Below are positions 8,693-15,869 of a stretch of 20,000 nt of DNA, piece after piece. The DNA is taken from assembly GCA_964464605.1 (NCBI GenBank), contig CAYXJN010000008.1, positions 175,038 to 195,037 of the forward strand, given 5' to 3'. A program made the position numbers and the translations under genes. Every line of letters starts with the position of its first letter. Positions within the stretch are counted from its first letter, which is position 1. The notes under the pieces were generated by a model. The model did not search any database, had not been told where the DNA came from, and saw only the letters and a list, made by a program, of their open reading frames with translations. The stretch comes from an uncultured Ignavibacteriales bacterium. GTDB lineage: Bacteria > Zixibacteria > MSB-5A5 > GN15 > FEB-12.

Positions 8693-10698
8693 GTTGTGTC
8701 ACCTCGGCCCAGTGCTTCAGGCGTGTTTATTCGGAAGTTTTCAAGATAACTTTTGTAGAGCTGCGTACAGTGAAATTTTCGACCAAGTGCGCGGCGCATC
8801 AACCCAAAATTTTCTTCTGAGTCTGTTACAAGATAGATCCACTCGATGTCTTTTCGATCAATTATGGCGTTACGAAAGGCTCGGAATTCCTTTTCCTTAA
8901 TCAGAACAGCGAACGGTGCTTGTTTAGGAACGTACCATGATTGCGAACCTTTGGAGTCCTCGCGTCTGCCTCGACAACCAGACATCATCCAGAGAATCGG
9001 AAGAATTGCCTGAAACGCATCGCCGCGAGCAACTTCAGAAGGTTCAAGAAAAGCCAAACGAAAGTATTCCATGTTTTCCTCGAACCCTTCTTTTAGCTCA
9101 CGACCGTTCAAGTATGTAGATGGCAAGTCTACTCCATTGTCTCGTTTGCCATTAATAACAAATTTACAGCGAGGCCAAGTAACTGAATTTGCAATCCCAT
9201 GCTCTTCAAAAGCATCTTCACCTTGAAAATGTCCGTTTGAGTTCAATTCGAGAGCCAGCTTTTCGCTGACTTCGTTATTTGTGACGAGTATGCACCTGCG
9301 TTTCCCATCATCATCTGCATTTAGCAATGCGGTTGCATGAAATGTTGTCCCTGAACCAGCAAAAAAGTCCAAAACGATACCTGCTTTTCGTTTTAGCATA
9401 ACAGGCATGAGTGTCTCACAAACTGCATACACAGACTTAGGGTAAGAAAAGCCGGAAGTACCTCCGAAAATGTCTACCAGTAGTTCACTGCCATGTGTGC
9501 TTGCATCGAGAGGCGGCTTGCTCCATACTGTTTTCCATCTCTTTGATTGTTTTTCTTTGAGAGTATAATAGATCTGGATTCCATAATTTTGTCTTGCAGC
9601 GAACAACTTACCAGCCTCAAACTCCGCCTTTGCGCGTGCTGGCCCATAGTGCCAATTTCGCTCAACTCCGAGTTTATCAATCGGCCAAATCGGAATAGAC
9701 GAACCGAGTTTTATCGCATTGCGTTTTTCAGTTTTAGGCAGTGGATTGCCAAAACCGGTTACTTCAAGTGTTTGTTCATTGACGTAGATAGGATAAAATT
9801 GACCCGGCCGTGCAAGTCGTAGCGAATTGTTGCCTGTACGTCGAAGGTTTCTTGTTTCGCCACCGATGGTGGATTCAAGGGGTTGTTCATCAATAATGTC
9901 TTCACCTTGTGGCACAACAAACAGTGCGTATTCGTGACTTCGCGCAAATTCTTCTCCTTGGCGGCCACGCTTATTGTGTTCGATGACTATCGTGAAAAAT
10001 TTGAATCCTTGGAATAACTCTTCAACTAAACACATCAGATGGCCAAGCTCATGGTCGTCTATGGTTATTACTAAGACCCCATCTGGCTTGAGCAGTCGCT
10101 TGCCAAACAATAATCGTTTCTTAATCATTGAGAGCCACTTCGAGTGACGAAAACTATCTGATTTATCTACATAATCGTTGTTGTATTTCCAATCACGTGC
10201 GCCCGTGTTGTAAGGTGGGTCTATATAAATAACGTCTATTTTGCCCTCGTAGCAATAAAGCAAAAGCTGAAGCGCGTGGAAGTTATCGGCGTTGATGAGC
10301 AGGTGCCAAGGTTTGTCAGCCCCGCCTCGCTCAACACGATCCACTGGTTCGAGCGCAGGAAAAATCGGTTCTCCGAAACTCCTAACGACCACAAGGTCGT
10401 CGATATGAAACTCTTTTTGCGTTTGTTTTTGCGTTGATGAACGCTCCACTGAAACGCATATCGCCGTTTTCTTCTGGATGCTTTTAACGCGCCAGAGCTG
10501 GTTTCCAGATTCGCGCTTGAGTGCCACAAGTTCACTTGGCTTCACAGTCAAGTTTGGCAGCCGCACAGTTTCCGGCAGGTGTTCCTCAAAGACGAGCCCG
10601 AACTGCTTAGTCTTTTTTAGTGCCTTTACCTCGGCGGCGATTCCCTTGCGGAGTCGCTCGTCTGGAATTTGCGCAATCAAGTCTTCAATTTTAGCCAT
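8689..10698 (-). CDS. mod: Type III Mod-like adenine-specific DNA methyltransferase (beta class)
   Basis: Catalytic IYIDPPYNTG precedes the SAM-binding LDFFAGSGTT. Also HSKWLSM, FSYPKS and N-terminal FGLVFEEHLPE. Confidence 0.92.
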   Translation of the reverse strand: MAKIEDLIAQIPDERLRKGIAAEVKALKKTKQFGLVFEEHLPETVRLPNLTVKPSELVALKRESGNQLWRVKSIQKKTAICVSVERSSTQKQTQKEFHIDDLVVVRSFGEPIFPALEPVDRVERGGADKPWHLLINADNFHALQLLLYCYEGKIDVIYIDPPYNTGARDWKYNNDYVDKSDSFRHSKWLSMIKKRLLFGKRLLKPDGVLVITIDDHELGHLMCLVEELFQGFKFFTIVIEHNKRGRQGEEFARSHEYALFVVPQGEDIIDEQPLESTIGGETRNLRRTGNNSLRLARPGQFYPIYVNEQTLEVTGFGNPLPKTEKRNAIKLGSSIPIWPIDKLGVERNWHYGPARAKAEFEAGKLFAARQNYGIQIYYTLKEKQSKRWKTVWSKPPLDASTHGSELLVDIFGGTSGFSYPKSVYAVCETLMPVMLKRKAGIVLDFFAGSGTTFHATALLNADDDGKRRCILVTNNEVSEKLALELNSNGHFQGEDAFEEHGIANSVTWPRCKFVINGKRDNGVDLPSTYLNGRELKEGFEENMEYFRLAFLEPSEVARGDAFQAILPILWMMSGCRGRREDSKGSQSWYVPKQAPFAVLIKEKEFRAFRNAIIDRKDIEWIYLVTDSEENFGLMRRALGRKFHCTQLYKSYLENFRINTPEALGRGDTT

Positions 10699-10975
10699 TT
10701 ATTTTCATGTACATAGTTGTCAAGGTTGTTTACGAATTGCTCAAGTGTTCCCATTGCCTGCCTTTGACTTTCGCCCGTTTGCCACGAAAATCCTCTCTCT
10801 GTTAAGCCCTGAAAGTGTAAGAATAGCTGAGAGATAGAGGAATTGTCAAGTTGAGCATTTAAGCAGAATTTGGCATCTCGATGCAATTTGTAATTGATTG
10901 TTCCGATACAATTAAGCAAAGTTTGGGAAATTAGGGTAACGGCCAGCGAGCCAATCGAGCAGGGAAGAAATTGAT

Positions 10976-11758
10976 ATGGGTCATACGTATTTGGGAGTGC
11001 TTGCAAAAACTCAACTTTGGAATGAGGTTGTTGCTCTTTTACAAAACGAGGCCGACACCGATCTAATTGCCGAAAAGAGCTTCTTAGCCATTGACCAGGG
11101 GCTTTCCAAGATTTCAGACGATGCGGGATTTACCCACGTTCTAACCAACATACTGCAATTCATCGACCAATCAGCTTCCGGCAAGACAACCGACTTCTTC
11201 ACCCAATTTGGGTTGAATGTCAGGGAAATTACATCGCCGCTACACGCGACCGCCGTGCTTAGGGAGACTTCCGACAAGGTTATTCGTCAGGCACGGTGCA
11301 AATCTGATCTGTCTGAATTGGCTCAAAACAGTTTCTCTGAAGCATTTCAAAGTCACCTTTATAATCAACTTCCTACTCTGTTTTCAAATGCGCCGGAGCA
11401 TGTTGAACGGGCTATCAAGAATGTAAGCAAAGGCAAAGAGTTTCAAGCTCTCATGCACGACTTTTATGCCGTTTTCACTCGGCGATATGTCAGTTACTAC
11501 CTAAGCAGGGAGCTTTCCAATCATGTAGGAAGTGGGAAAAAGTTTCGTGATCTAAAAGAACATTCAGATTTTTACAAAGCATTGGATCACCACATTCGAC
11601 AGACGGTGCGGATTTCGGATGATTTCACCCCCGGTTGGTTCGGTAAGGCGAGATTTGAAAAACGGGTCAGTCACGATGATGTCAAAAAGTATGCGTTTGT
11701 AGCGTTTAAGAAAATCCGTTCAGAGTTCAAACGGGGCATGGTCAGTGGCAAACAGTGA
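10976..11758 (+). CDS. Helical hypothetical protein with N-terminal Gly; candidate QatB-like substrate/partner of the downstream QueC-like enzyme
   Basis: 260-aa ORF starting MGHTYLG with a purine-rich GGGAAG upstream. Overlaps the QueC-like gene by 14 nt. The QatB-like role is inferred from gene order and the N-terminus. Confidence 0.7.
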   Translation: MGHTYLGVLAKTQLWNEVVALLQNEADTDLIAEKSFLAIDQGLSKISDDAGFTHVLTNILQFIDQSASGKTTDFFTQFGLNVREITSPLHATAVLRETSDKVIRQARCKSDLSELAQNSFSEAFQSHLYNQLPTLFSNAPEHVERAIKNVSKGKEFQALMHDFYAVFTRRYVSYYLSRELSNHVGSGKKFRDLKEHSDFYKALDHHIRQTVRISDDFTPGWFGKARFEKRVSHDDVKKYAFVAFKKIRSEFKRGMVSGKQ

Positions 11759-13613
11759 ACACCTGATATGGTGCGGCACAGACAAGCCGCCTAAGAAGCC
11801 AGTTGATGGAACTTTGGTTCATCTATCGACTGATGGGCCGAACGAAAATGTCAATTGTCGCATTGAGAATATCTCCAACAAGCTTACGCAAAACCTTTCC
11901 CCTATAATCGAAGACATGATTGAAATTGGAAGCTATGTATATGCCGCCGACCAAACGGTAAGTCGAGGAGGCCCGGCTTGGTCGAACAACGGAGCAGATT
12001 GGACACGGGACTTTCGATTTGTTATTCCAGTCAGGGAACCAGATACATGGAATAAACAGGAAGTTCGAGAATCGCTGGAGGAATTGCTGAGTTTCATGTC
12101 CGGCGACAGTTATCAGTTTGAGTTCACCGAACGGAAATCGATAAGGGCTACGACACCTTATTTTGAGTTTGGTGACAATCCCTGGTTCAGGGCCGATTCG
12201 ATCGTGTTGTTTTCCGGGGGACTTGATTCATTTGCCGGTGCTTTGGAAGAAGTGTTAACTTTGAGGAACAAAACGGTTTTGGTTAGTCATCGATCTGTTC
12301 CAAAAATAGCTAAACGACAATTAGACTTGGCCGAGAAAGTACGGCAACTTGCAGGCGGCAATCAGAAATTGCTTCATGTGCCGGTTTGGGTGAATAAAGT
12401 GAAGGGCTTAACAAAGGACTCCACGCAGAGATCGAGGTCGTTTCTCTTTATGATGCTGGCAGCGAGTATGGGGGAAGTCTTCAAATCGAATACCATTAGA
12501 TTCTACGAAAATGGAATTACGAGCTTTAACTTGCCGTGTAGTGCCCAAGTCGTTGATTCTCGCGCGAGCCGAACTACCCATCCCAAAACACTCAAATTGG
12601 CTTCTGAGTTTTTCACAAAGTTACTCAATCGCCAATTCGTTGTTACCAATCCGTTTTTATGGCATACCAAAACAGATGTGGTTGGAGTAATTAAAAAGCA
12701 CAATCTCGGTTCATTAGTACCATTCACGTCGAGTTGTAGTCATACTCAAACGACAAGCATTATGAACACCCACTGCGGAACTTGCTCGCAGTGTTTCGAT
12801 AGGCGAACGGCAATCATTGCAGGTGGCCTTGCCGATTTTGAGACGGGTGAATCCTACAAAGTTAACTTACCTCTCGATCCAATCAAGGAAGGTCGCGACC
12901 GAACAATGGTTGAGTCAATGGCGCGGATGGCGACTGAAATTGAGGATATGGACGAAGTTCAATTCTGCTCAAAGCTTAACGAAATCGAACGCATTGTCAC
13001 TAACCTCGATCCACCCGTTGACCAAGCTGCTATGCAGGTCATTAGTTTGTACAAACGCCATTCCGCCCAGGTCTTCTCGGTGCTGCGCTCGTTCGTTTCA
13101 GAAAACGCGACGCTTATCCTAAAGAAAAGAGTGCCGCCTGACTCTCTGTTGTCTATGATCGCAGGGTTGATCCAACCGAGTGCTAAAGCGGAAGATAGTC
13201 AAACCATTTGCAAGCTGCCTGATGGAACTACATGGAGTCAACTCTTGGTCGAAATCGTATCCAACGATGCCATTCGAATTAAGGCAAATGGATTTACGAA
13301 ACGGCTCACTTACCAAGACTTGGGTATGCGAGACGGTCGAAAAGGGGACTTTCCAACGGCTCAATGGGAATTGCTGATTGAATTTGCGGAAGGTGGTGGT
13401 ATGTTGAATTGGAAGTCTAAGGGTTCTGACCCCAAGTGGAAAAAGCAAGTAAACGTACTAAGAAAGAAGCTCAAGGACATTTTCGGCCTGTCTGGTGCCC
13501 CGATTACTATGTACCAAAAGCGAGTTGGTTACAAGTGCAACTTTCAGGTAAGCGACTCACGACCGAACCAGGTCAGAAAAAAGATAGATTACACAAATCC
13601 TGAATTTTCATAA
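11745..13613 (+). CDS. QatC-like (QueC / 7-cyano-7-deazaguanine synthase family) protein with additional C-terminal winged-helix-like domain
   Basis: PP-loop LFSGGLDS, LVSH, QRSRSFLF, YENG, SRTTHP, NPFLWHTK, and Zn site SCSH...HCGTCSQC. Long N-terminal region (YAAD...R...WTRDF) as in QatC. About 130-aa C-terminal extension (QWELLIEFA...VNVLRKKLKDIFG...VGY). Confidence 0.85.
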   Translation: MANSEHLIWCGTDKPPKKPVDGTLVHLSTDGPNENVNCRIENISNKLTQNLSPIIEDMIEIGSYVYAADQTVSRGGPAWSNNGADWTRDFRFVIPVREPDTWNKQEVRESLEELLSFMSGDSYQFEFTERKSIRATTPYFEFGDNPWFRADSIVLFSGGLDSFAGALEEVLTLRNKTVLVSHRSVPKIAKRQLDLAEKVRQLAGGNQKLLHVPVWVNKVKGLTKDSTQRSRSFLFMMLAASMGEVFKSNTIRFYENGITSFNLPCSAQVVDSRASRTTHPKTLKLASEFFTKLLNRQFVVTNPFLWHTKTDVVGVIKKHNLGSLVPFTSSCSHTQTTSIMNTHCGTCSQCFDRRTAIIAGGLADFETGESYKVNLPLDPIKEGRDRTMVESMARMATEIEDMDEVQFCSKLNEIERIVTNLDPPVDQAAMQVISLYKRHSAQVFSVLRSFVSENATLILKKRVPPDSLLSMIAGLIQPSAKAEDSQTICKLPDGTTWSQLLVEIVSNDAIRIKANGFTKRLTYQDLGMRDGRKGDFPTAQWELLIEFAEGGGMLNWKSKGSDPKWKKQVNVLRKKLKDIFGLSGAPITMYQKRVGYKCNFQVSDSRPNQVRKKIDYTNPEFS

Positions 13614-13758
13614 TTCGATTCCTCAAAAATAGCTCAAATATTCACGATCAATAAATCACCCAGTAGTAAGCAGTTTGTTCCAAAAATCAACCAGCGTCGC
13701 ATTTTTTTTCGCCGAATTCTGAATTTTCACAAGAAAGGGTAAAGACACTTTGGTTTAA

Positions 13759-13857
13759 CTGATTCGGTCAATTTGTGAAACCAACTTCGCTCGAATGGGC
13801 GAACAACGAGCCCCTGACGGGAACTGACCGAATCAGCCGTCAGGGGTTCCTTATTTG
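13759..13857 (+). promoter_or_regulatory. Structured non-coding leader / attenuator-like RNA element
   Basis: 13-bp stem 13808-13820 with 13837-13849 (one G-U), followed by CTTATTT. 7-bp hairpin at 13786-13803. Segment 13759-13770 is perfectly complementary to the loop segment 13825-13836. Confidence 0.55.
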
Positions 13858-13876
13858 TGATGCTTGGTTTTTTGAC

Positions 13877-14044
13877 GTGAAAGAAAATGAATCCCAGATT
13901 GAGAAGTTGGAACCGACTTCGGATCAACTCTCGGTAGACTCGGCGGTCGAGCCATTTGTTATCGATAAGCAGGCGGCCAGTAATCTCTGGGATTTCTTTG
14001 AAATTCTTCGCCGGTGGGCTGAGGAGGAGGAGAAGAATGGGTAG
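13877..14044 (+). CDS. Small acidic hypothetical protein (start uncertain, 13775 or 13877)
   Basis: Ends in an amphipathic helix NLWDFFEILRRW, and its stop overlaps the start of the next gene. The GTG at 13877 lies just after the hairpin region. Confidence 0.45.
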   Translation: MKENESQIEKLEPTSDQLSVDSAVEPFVIDKQAASNLWDFFEILRRWAEEEEKNG

Positions 14045-14549
14045 GATTAACGGGCAGACTATCCGGCGAATGCGACTGCGAAGAACCTACGATGCGCGGG
14101 AATTAGCGACAATTCTTGGCGTTCATATCGGTACCGTCCGAACGTGGAGTAAGTCCAGTCTCAAACCCATCGACGTCAAGAATTTCCCGAGGCTGTACTT
14201 GGGTAGAGATGTTAGAGCATTTCTCAACCAAAGGTTCAAGAGTAAGCAGCCAAAGATGCAGGCGAACGAATTGTGGTGCTTCAAATGTCGAACAGCTACC
14301 ACATCGGAATCCAAAAATACAGTCATTGAAATCACTGGAAAGCGGCTGGGGAAATCTTCTTTTCATGTTATGGTGCGTGGATTGTGCATAGTTTGCGGAT
14401 CGAATTGTAGTAAGGCATTTTCTCTGGAGAAAGCAGCAAATGCTTACAATTCCCCCGAAGTGCTGTGGTTAGGGGAAAACCGATTATCAGGATTGCAATC
14501 CCCTAAGCTAAACACTGACTCTGAAAGGACTATTGAAGATGGAAGTTAA
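14037..14549 (+). CDS. Excisionase-like HTH protein with C-terminal Zn-ribbon
   Basis: ATG 14037 after a GAGGAGG SD. TYDARELATILGVHIGTVRTW is a MerR/Xis-type HTH. Also YLGRDVRAFL, CFKC and CIVC. Confidence 0.8.
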   Translation: MGRINGQTIRRMRLRRTYDARELATILGVHIGTVRTWSKSSLKPIDVKNFPRLYLGRDVRAFLNQRFKSKQPKMQANELWCFKCRTATTSESKNTVIEITGKRLGKSSFHVMVRGLCIVCGSNCSKAFSLEKAANAYNSPEVLWLGENRLSGLQSPKLNTDSERTIEDGS

Positions 14550-15642
14550 TGCACGAAATGAGAGAGTGAAAAGGCGTTATATCAATTGGCTTGCTCGCGC
14601 TCAAAGTAAGAACGACAAGACCGTTGAGAGTATGTTGGCGGCAGTTTATTCCTATGATGATTTTACCAAAAATTCAAATTATGAAACATTTAGTGAAAAG
14701 AGAGCCATCAAGTACAAAGACTACCTTGCTACCGACAGGCAAGGGAAAGGGCGACTTTCCGCTACTACAATCAGAAGTCACTTGAAAAACCTACAGGCGT
14801 TTTTTAGATATTTATGTGATCAACCGGGCTATCGGAAGCACATTCGACCGACTGAAATCGCGTTCCTTTCCCCGGACTGCGCTCACGGACAATTGCATCT
14901 TTCGAGCATTCCCAAGCGGACTCCTTCCCTTGAATATGTGAAGCGAATTATTCGGTCGATTGCTGGAACAGATGAAATAGCAATGCGAGACCGGGCTATG
15001 ATTGCAATACTCTGTTTAGCTGGAATGAGAGACAATGCAGTTGCATCTTTGCCGATCGGTGCCGTCGATTTGTCGAGAAGGCAAATTGTTCAAGACCCAA
15101 GACATCTTACCCGAACAAAATTCAATAAAGTAATAGTTTCGTACATTCTGAGAATCGACACCGAACTATTCGATCACTTTGCCAATTGGATTCTTTACCT
15201 TCGGGAAGTTAGGCTTTTTGACGACGCCGATCCAGTATTTCCAATTGCAGAAATGGGACAGAGGGAAGATGGCTTTGCTTTTGAAGTAAAGGGGGTGTCC
15301 CGAAAAGCCTGTACTTCTTCTTCCCTTGTGAGAACTGTATTGAAGGGACGAAGCGAAGCTGCCAATCTTGAGTATTACATTCCGCACTCATTCAGGTCGC
15401 TTACGGTAAAATTGGCAATGAAGGCTTGCCGCACACCCGAAGAATTCAAGGCAATAAGCCAGTCGTTAGGGCATGAGGCTGTGACAACCACGCTTCGCAG
15501 TTATGGCACTTTAGATAACCAACGAGTCGAGGACGTTATTTCCACAATTGATTTTGAGAATGTCGGGATGGAAGACAATCTTGATAAGGTTGCCCTTGAA
15601 GCTGCGTTTAGAGAATTTGAACGGCGGAAAAAGAATCGTTGA
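14539..15642 (+). CDS. Tyrosine recombinase/integrase
   Basis: Core-binding region LSATTIRSHLKNLQAFFRYL. Catalytic residues R (RDRAM...AGMR), K (RTKF), HSFR, LGH and Y (RSYG). Confidence 0.92.
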   Translation: MEVNARNERVKRRYINWLARAQSKNDKTVESMLAAVYSYDDFTKNSNYETFSEKRAIKYKDYLATDRQGKGRLSATTIRSHLKNLQAFFRYLCDQPGYRKHIRPTEIAFLSPDCAHGQLHLSSIPKRTPSLEYVKRIIRSIAGTDEIAMRDRAMIAILCLAGMRDNAVASLPIGAVDLSRRQIVQDPRHLTRTKFNKVIVSYILRIDTELFDHFANWILYLREVRLFDDADPVFPIAEMGQREDGFAFEVKGVSRKACTSSSLVRTVLKGRSEAANLEYYIPHSFRSLTVKLAMKACRTPEEFKAISQSLGHEAVTTTLRSYGTLDNQRVEDVISTIDFENVGMEDNLDKVALEAAFREFERRKKNR

Positions 15643-15667
15643 CTACGGTCTGGCAATGTTATATTAT
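15639..15667 (+). promoter_or_regulatory. Putative sigma70 promoter for a leaderless XRE-recombinase transcript
   Basis: TTGACT (15639-15644), 17-nt spacer, TATTAT (15662-15667). The ATG is at 15675 with no SD. Confidence 0.6.
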
Positions 15668-15674
15668 GTTATAG

Positions 15675-15869
15675 ATGAATAAGGAAGCTCTTTTGAAGCA
15701 GCTTGAGAATTACCGTCTCGAAAACAGGATTAGCCAAGTTGAGTTGGCCGAGACACTCGGTGTTTCGTTCGCAACTGTGAATCGATGGTTGAACGGTCAT
15801 TTCAGTCCGAACAAGATTCAGGCATTCCATATTGAGAAGATACTTGCCGGAAAGAAGCCTAAAAAATGA
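15675..15869 (+). CDS. XRE-family HTH transcriptional regulator
   Basis: LENYRLENRISQVELAETLGVSFATVNRWLNGHFSP. ATGA overlap with the serine recombinase. Confidence 0.88.
   Translation: MNKEALLKQLENYRLENRISQVELAETLGVSFATVNRWLNGHFSPNKIQAFHIEKILAGKKPKK

Noticed and set aside
10677..11006. 109-aa minus-strand ORF across the divergent intergenic region
   Set aside because: It overlaps both flanking starts and has no motif. The region is better explained as divergent promoter DNA.
11745..13613. Housekeeping queC for queuosine biosynthesis, or a dpd DNA-modification cluster
   Set aside because: The protein is far longer than canonical QueC, carries QatC-type motifs, and no queD, queE, folE, tgt or dpdA gene is present in the window.
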